Shown here: positions 1-9,588 of the stretch, one piece after another
How positions within the stretch are numbered: the first letter of the stretch is position 1
How the letters are laid out: the number at the start of each line of letters is the position of its first letter
NCBI GenBank assembly: GCA_947627225.1
Contig: CANQVB010000002.1
Coordinates: 1 to 56,040 of the forward strand
From: an uncultured Bacilli bacterium
GTDB taxonomy: Bacteria > Bacillota_I > Bacilli_A > RF39 > UBA660
DNA: 56,040 nt
Direction of reading: 5' to 3'
Notes under the pieces: generated by a model
The model's database searches: none
Seen by the model: the letters and a program-made list of their open reading frames with translations, nothing else
Told to the model about the DNA's origin: nothing
Program-made: the position numbers and the translations under genes

Positions 1-1016
1 GTTTATTCATATTAATAGGAATAGGCGTATTACTTGGAACAAGTTATGCAATGTATCGTGTCACTACGCAAGGAACAAAGAAAGTGTCCATAATAGCAGG
101 GAAATTTCGAGTTACCTTTGAAGAAGGGGAGTATATCAATTTAAAAGATATAGGAACCATGAGCGATAGTGAAGGGAAACAAACAAACCCATATACCTTT
201 ACAATCACAAATGAAGGGACACTAAAAGCATATTACAGAATCACATTAGAAGATGAAAAAGCAATTGGAGAAACAACTTTATTAAATACACAATATTTAA
301 AATATGAATTAAAAAGAGACAATGGAAAAGTAGTAGAAGGAACCGTCAAAGACTTAATTAACTTTGTAGAAGGAGAACCTTTGGAAGTAGGTGCAAAGGT
401 TACCTATGAATTAAGACTCTGGTTAGATGAGAAGACACCCAATAGTGAAATGGGAAAAACCTATCAAAGTAAGGTAGCAGTTTATTCAAGTCAACTACAA
501 AGAGAACTTGCAATCGATAAATTAATGAGAGAGTATTTAAACAGTAAAAGTTATGAAGAAAGCAGTGAAACAGAAAGAAAGAACATGTATGAATTTCCTC
601 ATGAAGCAGGAGTTCAACAAACAGGATGGAGCGATGAAGAATTAAAAGACTATAGGTACATAGGAAAAGTAGGACTCATGTATCCTTCTGATTATGGATA
701 TGCGACAGGAGGAAGGAGCACAATAAACAGAGCAAACTGTTTAACGAAAGAGCTTTACAATTGGAAAAGTGATACAGGCTATAAAGACTGTGCAACAAAC
801 GATTGGTTATATGATAGTATTTACCATCAATGGACTATAGCTCCGCGTTCGAGTTATAGCAGTGGTATGTTCTATAGTAATAGTAATGGTTATGTCTACA
901 CTGATACTGCGAGTGATATATATCTCGGTGTGCGACCAGTTGTATATCTAAAATCAAGTGTCACATTTTCAAAAGGTACAGGGACAAGTAGTGACCCATT
1001 TATTTTTGAAAAATAA
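1..1016 (+). CDS. Hypothetical membrane-anchored extracellular protein; 5' end lies outside the window
   Basis: The frame of ORF 51..1016 stays open back to nt 3 (LFILIGIGVLLGTSYA, a hydrophobic anchor/signal segment), so the true start is upstream of the window. No family assigned. The C-terminal W..APRS...GVRPVVYLK pattern resembles small surface-protein modules. Confidence 0.5.
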   Translation, partial: LFILIGIGVLLGTSYAMYRVTTQGTKKVSIIAGKFRVTFEEGEYINLKDIGTMSDSEGKQTNPYTFTITNEGTLKAYYRITLEDEKAIGETTLLNTQYLKYELKRDNGKVVEGTVKDLINFVEGEPLEVGAKVTYELRLWLDEKTPNSEMGKTYQSKVAVYSSQLQRELAIDKLMREYLNSKSYEESSETERKNMYEFPHEAGVQQTGWSDEELKDYRYIGKVGLMYPSDYGYATGGRSTINRANCLTKELYNWKSDTGYKDCATNDWLYDSIYHQWTIAPRSSYSSGMFYSNSNGYVYTDTASDIYLGVRPVVYLKSSVTFSKGTGTSSDPFIFEK

Positions 1017-1196
1017 AAGAAGGAAGGAAAAGTCTTCTAGAAAAAGGACATTAAAAGGTAACCTCACAACTTATGTTGTAATAGCATGTTTTCTTTTTTC
1101 TATTGTTAAGTTGGTATTCATTTGACATAAAAAAATACTTTTTAATTCTTTGTACGTAGAATATGATATACTAAAGAAAAGAATAAGAGGTGTGAC

Positions 1197-2855
1197 ATGA
1201 TAGAAAATGTACAAATAGAAGTAAAAAGCAAAAAAGTAATGGTTCCAAAGGGAAGTAGTCTATTAGAAATTAGTAAATCATTTCAAGATTTGTGTAAGTA
1301 TCCCATTTTACTTGCAAGTGTTGATGGTGTTTATCGAGAATTAAATTATAAGATAGAGGAAGATGCAAGTATTCTCTTTTTGGATTTAACATCAAGAGTA
1401 GGTTCAAGGACCCATATTGCAGGACTTACCTTTCTCCTTTTAAAAGCAGTTGATGACTTGTATGGAAAAAAAGCAACCCTTTCTGTAGAACACTCTATAG
1501 ATAAAGGGATTTATATCAAGACAGGTTTTCCTCTAACGCAAGAGAAAACGAAAGCAATCAAAGAACAGATGAAAAAGTTGGTAGAAAGCGATTTAGAAAT
1601 TACCAAAATGATGGTAGAACGACTAGATGCCATTCGCTATTTTGAACAAATTGGGGATTTTGCCAAAGCCAAGACAATGGCCTATAATACCAATACATAT
1701 ATTACTCTTTATCGTCTGGATAACCTCTATAACTATTTTTATCATTTTATGCCCCCAAGAACCTCTCTTTTAAAAGACTTTGATGTGACTTATATTGACG
1801 AGAAAGGACTTGTCTTACAATTTCCAACGGTCTATCAAACGGAAGAAATTGCCAAGTATAAGCACCATCCTTTAATGTTTCAAGTTTTTGAAGAAGCAAG
1901 TACTTTTGGAAAACGGTTACACATAGAAACCCTTGCCGATTTAAACGAAGTTGTATCGTATGGAAAAATCAATGAAGTCATTCGAATGGATGATACCTTA
2001 CAGAACAATCGTCTTTTGGAAATTGCCAAAGAAATCACTTTGAAAAGGCCTAAAGTAAAAGTAGTCTTAGTCGCAGGGCCTTCTTCAAGTGGAAAGACCA
2101 CCACAACCAAAAAGCTATGTATGTACTTAAAAAGTTTAGGGTATCATCCTAAAATGCTTTCTATGGATAACTACTTTGTAGACCGTAAAGACAACCCTCG
2201 TCTTCCAAATGGAGAGTATGACTATGAAACGTTTAAAGCTCTTGACCTTTCTTTGTTTGATACCCAGATTGAACAGCTATTAAAGGAAGAAGAAGTGACC
2301 ATTCCTACGTATAATTTCTTTACCGGAAAAAAAGAATTTAAAGAAAAGCTTTCTTTTGAAAAGAACGATATCTTGTTAATTGAAGGAATCCATGCCTTAA
2401 ATGATAAGCTCCTTACGAACATTCCAAGAAGTGCCAAGTACAAGATTTATCTTTCTGCCTTAACCGAATTAAAAATTGATAATCACAATCGTTTTTCAAC
2501 GACAGATAATCGTCTTTTACGAAGAATGGTAAGGGACAATAGAACAAGAGGCTATTCAGTTGAAACAACGCTTTCTACATGGCCCAATGTAAGAAATGGG
2601 GAAGAAGTGAATATTTTCCCATATCAAGATGAAGCAGATGTCATCTTTAATACAGAACTCATTTATGAACTGGGTGTTTTAAAAACCTATGCTGAACCAC
2701 TCTTGTATGCTGTAAAAGAAACATCTCCTTACTACGAAGAAGCCAAACGATTGCTTAATCTAATGCATTTGATTTTACCGATTTCCTCAGAAAATATTCC
2801 AGATGACTCCATTCTAAGAGAGTTTGTTGGAGGAAGCTATTTTGATGCAAAATAA
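1197..2855 (+). CDS. Uridine kinase-family nucleoside kinase with N-terminal TGS-like domain
   Basis: 552 aa. P-loop VLVAGPSSSGKTTTTKKL in the C-terminal half, followed by uridine/cytidine kinase-like motifs (LLIEGIHALN, RDNRTRG). The N-terminal ~280 aa resemble the TGS plus ThrRS second-additional-domain architecture. RBS AAGAGGTG. Confidence 0.7.
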   Translation: MIENVQIEVKSKKVMVPKGSSLLEISKSFQDLCKYPILLASVDGVYRELNYKIEEDASILFLDLTSRVGSRTHIAGLTFLLLKAVDDLYGKKATLSVEHSIDKGIYIKTGFPLTQEKTKAIKEQMKKLVESDLEITKMMVERLDAIRYFEQIGDFAKAKTMAYNTNTYITLYRLDNLYNYFYHFMPPRTSLLKDFDVTYIDEKGLVLQFPTVYQTEEIAKYKHHPLMFQVFEEASTFGKRLHIETLADLNEVVSYGKINEVIRMDDTLQNNRLLEIAKEITLKRPKVKVVLVAGPSSSGKTTTTKKLCMYLKSLGYHPKMLSMDNYFVDRKDNPRLPNGEYDYETFKALDLSLFDTQIEQLLKEEEVTIPTYNFFTGKKEFKEKLSFEKNDILLIEGIHALNDKLLTNIPRSAKYKIYLSALTELKIDNHNRFSTTDNRLLRRMVRDNRTRGYSVETTLSTWPNVRNGEEVNIFPYQDEADVIFNTELIYELGVLKTYAEPLLYAVKETSPYYEEAKRLLNLMHLILPISSENIPDDSILREFVGGSYFDAK

Positions 2856-2869
2856 ATGTCAACTCTTGT

Positions 2870-2898
2870 AGGAAGAATCGACAAGCTTCCTTTTTTTT
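2870..2898 (+). terminator. Rho-independent terminator candidate after the kinase gene
   Basis: AGGAAG-(10 nt loop AATCGACAAG)-CTTCCT followed by T8. It lies inside the 5' extension of the ORF-track gap ORF. Confidence 0.5.
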
Positions 2899-2930
2899 GT
2901 TATAGTGAATTTAGAAAGGATAGTGATAAA

Positions 2931-3941
2931 GTGATTCGAGTAGCAATCAATGGGTTTGGTAGAATAGGAAGACTTTTATTTCGTCTTTTAGAGGAAGAAA
3001 GTGATTTTGAAGTGGTTGCCATCAACGATTTAACGGATGCAGAACAACTGGCTTATCTACTCAAATATGATACTTCACACAGAAGATATCGTGTCGATGA
3101 AATTTCGCATCGTGAAAATGAAATCCTTGTAGGAAATCATGAAATCAAGGTGCTTTCAGAAAAAGATCCAGCAAATCTTCCATGGAAGGCGTTAGAGATT
3201 GATTTGGTACTAGAGTGTACTGGCTTATTTACCTCCAAAGAAAAAGCACAAGCACACATTGATGCAGGTGCTAAAAAAGTACTGATTTCAGCGCCTGCGA
3301 AAGGAGATTTAAAGACAATTGTGTACAATGTCAATCATGAAGACTTAGATGGAACAGAGGAAATCATCTCCAGTGCTTCTTGTACGACGAACTGTCTTGC
3401 TCCTGTTTTAAAAGTCTTGGATGATGCCTTTGGACTAGAACAAGGCTTTATGACAACGGTGCATGCGTATACGAACGATCAAGCAACCTTAGATGTAGCG
3501 CATAAGAAAGGAATCTATGCCCGTCGTGGAAGAGCAGCGAGCGCCAATATCATTCCAGCGTCAACAGGTGCCGCAAGTGCCATTGGACAAGTACTTCCTA
3601 AACTAGAAGGAAAGCTGGAAGGAACTGCCATGCGTGTTCCTGTCACAACAGGATCAGTCATTGACTTAGTCTTGCGCTTTGAAAAACAAGTAAGCAAAGA
3701 AGAAGTCAATGAAGTTTTAAAAAGTCATGTAAATGAAACCTTACAATATACAGAAGACCCAGTTGTATCCAGTGATATTATCGGAGAACGTTGTGGCGCT
3801 TTAGTAGATAGCCTTTTAACCGCTGTTTCCACAGTCGATGGAAAACAACTCGTTAAAGTCGTTGCTTGGTATGATAATGAAATGGGATATTCTACGCAAA
3901 TGATGCGAACTGCAAAATACTGGGTTATGCAGGGAAAATAA
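2931..3941 (+). CDS. gap: Glyceraldehyde-3-phosphate dehydrogenase
   Basis: INGFGRIGR NAD-binding motif, SCTTNCLAP catalytic-Cys motif, WYDNEMGYS. Start moved from 2856 to GTG 2931 (AAAGGA upstream) because the first 75 nt contain the upstream terminator and have no GAPDH homology. Confidence 0.9.
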   Translation: MIRVAINGFGRIGRLLFRLLEEESDFEVVAINDLTDAEQLAYLLKYDTSHRRYRVDEISHRENEILVGNHEIKVLSEKDPANLPWKALEIDLVLECTGLFTSKEKAQAHIDAGAKKVLISAPAKGDLKTIVYNVNHEDLDGTEEIISSASCTTNCLAPVLKVLDDAFGLEQGFMTTVHAYTNDQATLDVAHKKGIYARRGRAASANIIPASTGAASAIGQVLPKLEGKLEGTAMRVPVTTGSVIDLVLRFEKQVSKEEVNEVLKSHVNETLQYTEDPVVSSDIIGERCGALVDSLLTAVSTVDGKQLVKVVAWYDNEMGYSTQMMRTAKYWVMQGK

Positions 3942-3949
3942 AAAAGAGG

Positions 3950-3972
3950 CGTACCAGGTGGTGCGTTTTTTT
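3950..3972 (+). terminator. Rho-independent terminator after gap
   Basis: CGTACC-AGGT-GGTGCG stem (one G-U pair) followed by T7. Confidence 0.6.
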
Positions 3973-3973
3973 C

Positions 3974-4002
3974 TTGCGTTTAAAAGCACTTCGTGGTATA
4001 AT
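3974..4002 (+). promoter_or_regulatory. SigmaA-type promoter candidate
   Basis: TTGCGT-17 nt-TATAAT with an upstream TGn extended -10, 27 nt before ATG 4029. Confidence 0.55.
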
Positions 4003-4028
4003 ATGGATACTTTAAAGGGGGAAGAGGC

Positions 4029-5210
4029 ATGCGTGGAAATAAAAAATCCAGTGCTAAAAAGAATAAAGATTTTGCTGTTCTCATTTCTATCTATGGACTT
4101 ACGGTTTTATCTGAACTTATATCGCTTTTCTTTCTTGCAGGACGTGTGTTTGTAAAAGGAAATCCATATAAAAATGATGTGTTTGATGCGAGAACTTTAA
4201 CATTAAAAGAGGAAGAAATTGAATCCATTCAAGATACATTAAAACAATTTGGAGTAGAAGTATTCGATGAAGGAGACGAAGCCGATTATATACTTTTAAA
4301 TGCAATCTATGAAAATGAAAATTTACTGGAAGTAGATAAAAAATATTTAATGCGATTTTATCAAATGTTGGTTGATAATCCGTACTTAGATAGAGAGTAT
4401 GTCTATTCTATGCTTTCAAAATTAAAGATTGAATATATGAATAGACCAGCAGATGTATGGGAAAAAGTTACAGGTCGTTTTTTCAAAGAGAAAGCGACAG
4501 CTGAAATTTATGATTCTTTAGAAAGTACAAAAGCACATGAGGTCACACATGCCATCTATTCTAAAAACTATGAAAAGTTACCACAGTTTTTTAATGAAGC
4601 AGTAACAACACTCCAAGCAAGCGAATATGATTATGGAACTTCAGATTTTTGGGATTATTCTTACACGTTCGGTGCTCCTTTTGTAAAAGTGCTTTGTGAA
4701 ATGGTAGGCGCAGATACTGTGTTAAAGACATATACATTGGGAGATATGGACATTCTCTATCAAGAAATGGCAAACCTTTATGGAAGTCCCATGGAAGCAG
4801 CACAGTTCCTAGATTTCTTTGAAAGAATTTATACAACATATATCGATACGCAAGATGCTGTATCTATGGAAGCAGAGAAAAAAGATATGGAAAATCTTTA
4901 TGCCAATTATGCGAAAGCTGTTTTAAAGCGAGACGAGATAAAAAATACTTGTAACGCTGTATTTATGGATTATAACTGGAATCTATTTCATTTTATCTTT
5001 AAGGATGTAGAAAGCGATAGCTGTTATGAACCAACACCTGTAGAGAAATATATTAAGTATATTCATGAATATGGGATTGCAAGAAAAGCTTACTTTTCAA
5101 GTGCCTTAAAGGAAACTTGTGTACCTTGTTTCGATATGGATTTTAATAAGGAAATGGTTAGACCAAACCGCATTTTTGGACAAAAACTCTATTTAAAGAA
5201 AAGGAGCTAG
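4029..5210 (+). CDS. Hypothetical N-terminally membrane-anchored protein with HExxH motif (possible metallopeptidase-like)
   Basis: 393 aa. RBS GGGGGAAGAGG. TM segment FAVLISIYGLTVLSELISLFFLAG. HEVTH (HExxH) at about aa 170. No family recognised. Confidence 0.5.
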   Translation: MRGNKKSSAKKNKDFAVLISIYGLTVLSELISLFFLAGRVFVKGNPYKNDVFDARTLTLKEEEIESIQDTLKQFGVEVFDEGDEADYILLNAIYENENLLEVDKKYLMRFYQMLVDNPYLDREYVYSMLSKLKIEYMNRPADVWEKVTGRFFKEKATAEIYDSLESTKAHEVTHAIYSKNYEKLPQFFNEAVTTLQASEYDYGTSDFWDYSYTFGAPFVKVLCEMVGADTVLKTYTLGDMDILYQEMANLYGSPMEAAQFLDFFERIYTTYIDTQDAVSMEAEKKDMENLYANYAKAVLKRDEIKNTCNAVFMDYNWNLFHFIFKDVESDSCYEPTPVEKYIKYIHEYGIARKAYFSSALKETCVPCFDMDFNKEMVRPNRIFGQKLYLKKRS

Positions 5211-5264
5211 GCTCTTTTTTTCTTTGGGTAAAACTGCTATAATGAAGAAAAATGGAGGGATAAT

Positions 5265-6449
5265 GTGAAAACAATAGAATCATTTGATTTAAAAGGAAAG
5301 ACAGTACTGATTCGCTGTGATTTTAATGTACCCATGGAAAATGGAAAAATTGTGGAAGATACCCGAATTACTGCTTCGCTTAAGACGATTCAATATGCAC
5401 TTTCTAAAGATGCGAAAGTAGTATTGCTCTCACATCTTGGAAAAGTAAAAGAAGAAAAAGATAAGGAAGGAAAGAGTCTTGCCCCTGTTGCTAAACGTTT
5501 AGAAGAGTTATTGAAGCGACCCGTACAATTTTTAGCATCCACCAATCATGCGATTGAGAAAGAAAAGGTAGATGCTTTAAAAGAAGGAGATATATTGCTA
5601 CTTGAAAACACAAGATTTGAAGATGTTGATTCTAAGAAGGAAAGTGGAAATGACAAGGAACTTGCACAATTTTGGGCAAGTCTTGCTGATGTGTTTATCA
5701 ATGATGCTTTTGGGACCATGCATCGAAGTCATGCTTCTACTGTAGGGGTTGCTGAATGTTTAAAGGGAAATTGCGGAATTGGCTTTTTGGTGCAGGAAGA
5801 GCTTACGAAATTATCTTCACTTTTTCATCCAGAACAGCCATTTGTTGTGATATTAGGAGGCTCTAAAGTCCAAGATAAAATTGGGGTCATTGAAAAGTTC
5901 GCCCCTTCTTGTTCTAAAATATTAATCGGTGGTGGAATGGCATTTCCTTTTTTAGAAGCGGAAGGATATGAAATAGGCTCTTCGCTAAAAGAGGAAGAAT
6001 CTAGAGAATTTTGCCAAAAAATGCTTGCGAAATACCCAGAGAAAATTGTGCTTCCTGTTGACTTTAATACGGCGAAGGAATTTAAGGAAACAAAAGGCAT
6101 TTGTAAGGATCTAACGGAGTTTGAGTTAGATGATATGGGACTTGATATCGGACCAAATACAATCAAGTTATTCCAAAACCACTTGAAAGATGCCAAGACT
6201 GTTTTGTGGAATGGCCCCATGGGTGTTTATGAATTTCCAAGTTTTCAGGAAGGAACGAAAGAGCTTTTAAAATTTTTAGAAGAGGAAAAAGAAAAAACCA
6301 AAACGGTGATTGGTGGAGGAGACACAGTTGCTTGTGCGAAGAAAAACCATTATGATACCCTTTATCATTTATCTACAGGAGGAGGCGCAACCCTTTCTTA
6401 CTTAGAACAAGAAACATTAGTAGGTCTTGAAGCTATGAAAGAAAAATAA
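5265..6449 (+). CDS. pgk: Phosphoglycerate kinase
   Basis: 394 aa. PGK motifs RCDFNVP, FINDAFGTMHR, GGGDT. GTG start behind GGAGGG. Confidence 0.93.
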   Translation: MKTIESFDLKGKTVLIRCDFNVPMENGKIVEDTRITASLKTIQYALSKDAKVVLLSHLGKVKEEKDKEGKSLAPVAKRLEELLKRPVQFLASTNHAIEKEKVDALKEGDILLLENTRFEDVDSKKESGNDKELAQFWASLADVFINDAFGTMHRSHASTVGVAECLKGNCGIGFLVQEELTKLSSLFHPEQPFVVILGGSKVQDKIGVIEKFAPSCSKILIGGGMAFPFLEAEGYEIGSSLKEEESREFCQKMLAKYPEKIVLPVDFNTAKEFKETKGICKDLTEFELDDMGLDIGPNTIKLFQNHLKDAKTVLWNGPMGVYEFPSFQEGTKELLKFLEEEKEKTKTVIGGGDTVACAKKNHYDTLYHLSTGGGATLSYLEQETLVGLEAMKEK

Positions 6450-6551
6450 AGCAAAACATCCCGTAAATTTCGACAATTCTTGTGCAGGGGACTTGATGAA
6501 AAGAGGAATTCTTGTTATTCTAGAAGAAGAGATAAAAGGAAAGCAAAATTT

Positions 6552-7565
6552 ATGAAAAATATAAAACGAAATACAATCATTATTTTAGTCGTGACAGTAA
6601 TTGTCTTATATTTTGCACTCAAAGACCAATTCGTACAGGTATTTGAGACTTTATTGCGTGTTGATTTAAAGTATATTTTAGTTGCAATCTTGCTTTATTT
6701 TCTCTATATTTTCTTAAGAGCGCTCGTCAATTATGTATCGATTGGAGATAAGAAGAAAGTTTCTTTAAAAGAAGCATTTAAACACAATATTATTACGCAA
6801 TTTTTTAATGGAATTACACCATTTTCAACAGGAGGACAACCGATGGAAGTCTACATGCTTCATGAGCATGGAATCCGTTCCACAAGAGCAACGAATATTA
6901 TCATGCAAAACTTTATTTTCTATCAAGTTGCCCTTGTTCTTTTTGGATTTTGTGCAGTGATTTACAATAAGATTTCTTTGGCAATCCCTTTAAATCCATT
7001 CTTTCGTGGACTCGTAATTCTTGGATTTATTATTAATACCAGTGTTGCTTTGCTTCTCTTTTTTGTGGCGGCATCGAAAAAATTTACAAAGAAAGTTGTC
7101 TTTTTCTTCTTGAAGTTAGGGGCTAAAGTAAAGCTTGTGAAAAACCTCGAAAAACAAAAAGAAGTTTGGGAAGATCGGCTAGAAGACTTTCACCATTACA
7201 CCAAAGAACTAAAAGAAAAGAAAGCTTTATTTCTCTTTGGAGTGCTTACTAACTTTGTCTCTTTGTTCTGTTTCTATGCCATTCCTCTTTTTATTGTCTA
7301 TAGTCTTCATGACTTTACCTCGATTCATTTACTGGAAACTTTGACAGCTTCTGCCTATGTACTCGTTATGGGATCCTTTGTTCCTATCCCAGGGGCTTCT
7401 GGTGGAATCGAGTATGGGTTTGCCTTTCTCTTTGGAAAATTCTTAAAAGGAAGCCGTATGTCTGTGGTACTTTTGATTTGGCGTTTTATTACCTATTACT
7501 TAGGAATGATTGTGGGTGCAATTTGTTTTAATTTTCATCAGAAAAAAGGAAGTGTAAAGGAATGA
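6552..7565 (+). CDS. UPF0104 / lysylphosphatidylglycerol-synthase-TM-like (flippase-like) integral membrane protein
   Basis: About 8 predicted TM helices and the conserved PIPGASGGIEYGF motif. Start moved to ATG 6552 (MKNIKRN). Overlaps the next gene by 4 nt (ATGA). Confidence 0.7.
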   Translation: MKNIKRNTIIILVVTVIVLYFALKDQFVQVFETLLRVDLKYILVAILLYFLYIFLRALVNYVSIGDKKKVSLKEAFKHNIITQFFNGITPFSTGGQPMEVYMLHEHGIRSTRATNIIMQNFIFYQVALVLFGFCAVIYNKISLAIPLNPFFRGLVILGFIINTSVALLLFFVAASKKFTKKVVFFFLKLGAKVKLVKNLEKQKEVWEDRLEDFHHYTKELKEKKALFLFGVLTNFVSLFCFYAIPLFIVYSLHDFTSIHLLETLTASAYVLVMGSFVPIPGASGGIEYGFAFLFGKFLKGSRMSVVLLIWRFITYYLGMIVGAICFNFHQKKGSVKE

Positions 7566-8794
7566 GAATAGGATTATTCACGGATAGTTATCCTCCTTTT
7601 ATTAATGGCGTATCGACGAGTGTTGAGATGCTAAAGAAAGCCTTAGAACAAAAGGGACATACAGTCTACATTGTCACAGTAGGACAGAATGCTTTGAAAT
7701 ATGAATATGATGAAAAAGAAAAGGTGCTTCGAATCCCTGGAGTTCCCGTTGGAATTTATGATTATCGATTAAGCCGAATCTATCCACTGAAAGTCATTAA
7801 TCGGATGAAAAAATGGAACTTAGATATCATTCATTCCCATACAGAATTTGGAATTGGTATCTTTGCCCGCCTTTTTGCGAAGCAAGAAAGTATTCCCCTG
7901 GTGCACACCTATCATACGATGTATGAAGATTACACCCATTATATTACGAAGGGATATTTTGATAAATCTAGCAAGAAAATTGTAGAGTACTTGACGATGT
8001 TTTACTGCGATAAGACCGCTTGTGAATTGATTGTTCCAACAGAAAAAACGTATCGCTTATTCAAAGAAAAGTATCACTATGATAAACCTATCAACATTAT
8101 TCCAACTGGAATGGATGTAGAACGCTTTTTTCAAGAAAATATGGATAAAAAGAAGCTTGCGAAACTAAGAAAAGATTTGAAGATAAAAGCAACAGACTTT
8201 GTAATCCTCTTTGTAGGAAGAATTGCAGAAGAAAAAAACATTCCTTTTCTCTTTCATGTCATGAAGAATCTTGATAAAACTGCGAAGAATGCCAAACTGT
8301 ATATTATTGGGGATGGACCTGATAAAACGAAATATGAAGAAATGGTAAAAAAAGAAGGACTTGCCTCTAAAATTCTTTTTGTTGGAAAAGTTCCTTTTAA
8401 AGAAATGCCACTTTATTATAATCTTGCAGATCTTTTTGTGACAGCTTCTAAAACAGAAACGCAAGGGCTTACTGTCATTGAAGCGATGGCTGCTTCTGTT
8501 CCTGTTTTTGCCATCAATGATGAAGCATTCAAAACCGTAGTGGTAGATGATTTAAATGGAAAGTTATTTGAAACAGAGGAAGAGTTAAAAGATGAGATTC
8601 TTTCTGTGTATAAAGATAGGAAGAACCTAGAGAGAATGAGTGTGCAAGCAAGAATACAAGCGGAAGATTCTTCCTTAGCACATTTTGCAGAAAGTGCTTT
8701 GAAAGTGTACCAACGTGCGATAAAAACGTATAAAGAACGGAAAAATTTTGCAACCACCATTCTCAATCTCTTTCGGAAAGGAAAAGAAAAATAA
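7562..8794 (+). CDS. GT4 glycosyltransferase, alpha-monoglucosyl-diacylglycerol synthase-like
   Basis: N-terminus MRIGLFTDSYPPFINGVSTSV and C-terminal ETQGLTVIEAMA (EX7E-type) are typical of GT4 glycolipid synthases. The usual partnership with a UPF0104 membrane protein is present. Confidence 0.8.
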   Translation: MRIGLFTDSYPPFINGVSTSVEMLKKALEQKGHTVYIVTVGQNALKYEYDEKEKVLRIPGVPVGIYDYRLSRIYPLKVINRMKKWNLDIIHSHTEFGIGIFARLFAKQESIPLVHTYHTMYEDYTHYITKGYFDKSSKKIVEYLTMFYCDKTACELIVPTEKTYRLFKEKYHYDKPINIIPTGMDVERFFQENMDKKKLAKLRKDLKIKATDFVILFVGRIAEEKNIPFLFHVMKNLDKTAKNAKLYIIGDGPDKTKYEEMVKKEGLASKILFVGKVPFKEMPLYYNLADLFVTASKTETQGLTVIEAMAASVPVFAINDEAFKTVVVDDLNGKLFETEEELKDEILSVYKDRKNLERMSVQARIQAEDSSLAHFAESALKVYQRAIKTYKERKNFATTILNLFRKGKEK

Positions 8795-9477
8795 TGCGCT
8801 ACGTTTTAAATTTCAAAAGTAATTTTACCAAAGAAAGTATACTTGCCTATAAAGAAGCCTTAGAAAAACATCCGAAGAAAGATAATGTTATCTTTGCACC
8901 CCCTTTTTGTTTTCTTCCGCTTTTAGAAGGCTACTCACTTGCCAGTCAAGATATCAGTCGTTATCAAGAAGGTGCTTATACAGGAGAGGTGAGTGGAAAT
9001 GCTTTAAAGTCTTTGGGTGTTCGTTATGCCATCATTGGCCATAGTGAAAGAAGAAAATATTTGAAAGAAGATGAAGTTGTTTTTGCCAAAAAAATAGAAC
9101 AGGCTATCGCATCTGGAATTACCCCCATTTACTGTATTGGGGAAACCAAAGAAGAGCATGATTCTGGAAGAACTTTAGAAGCTTTGGAAGGACAGTTGAG
9201 CTTTTTGTTCACCTTTCCACAAGAGATGTGGAAAAAGGTAATTGTAGCCTATGAACCGATTTGGGCCATTGGAACAGGAAAAGCCATTACGCCCAACGAG
9301 TTAGAAAAGATAATCGCTTTTCTAAAAGAAAAGATAGAAGTACCTCTTCTTTATGGAGGAAGTATAAATTCTAGTAATTTAGAACAGTTTAAAACACTTC
9401 CCCATTTAGATGGTTTTTTAATTGGAGGAATGAGTTTAAAAATAGAAGAAGTGCTTTCTCTTCTACAAGAATCGTAA
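8794..9477 (+). CDS. tpiA: Triosephosphate isomerase (short, 227 aa)
   Basis: GHSERR, AYEPIWAIGTG and GGS motifs. The start ATG overlaps the GT4 stop (TAATG). Confidence 0.9.
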   Translation: MRYVLNFKSNFTKESILAYKEALEKHPKKDNVIFAPPFCFLPLLEGYSLASQDISRYQEGAYTGEVSGNALKSLGVRYAIIGHSERRKYLKEDEVVFAKKIEQAIASGITPIYCIGETKEEHDSGRTLEALEGQLSFLFTFPQEMWKKVIVAYEPIWAIGTGKAITPNELEKIIAFLKEKIEVPLLYGGSINSSNLEQFKTLPHLDGFLIGGMSLKIEEVLSLLQES

Positions 9478-9482
9478 AACAA

Positions 9483-9524
9483 GGACAACACTTGTCGTAA
9501 TTCGACAAAAGTTGTCTTTTTTTT
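9483..9524 (+). terminator. Rho-independent terminator after tpiA
   Basis: GACAAC-ac-TTGTCG / CGACAA-aa-GTTGTC, a 12-bp interrupted stem with TAAT loop, followed by T8. Confidence 0.75.
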
Positions 9525-9588
9525 CTCTATCATTTTAAAAAGGGTTGTTATATAATGTAAGTGCGTGTAGTAAAAGGAAGGAGAACAC

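Noticed and set aside
2856-2930. N-terminal 25-aa extension of gap suggested by the ORF track
   Set aside because: It contains the hairpin plus T8 terminator of the upstream gene and has no GAPDH homology. GTG 2931 gives the canonical VIRVAINGFGRIGR start.
3958-4155. 65-aa ORF overlapping the promoter and start of the 4029 gene
   Set aside because: It begins inside the gap terminator, has no RBS, and overlaps a better-supported ORF in another frame.
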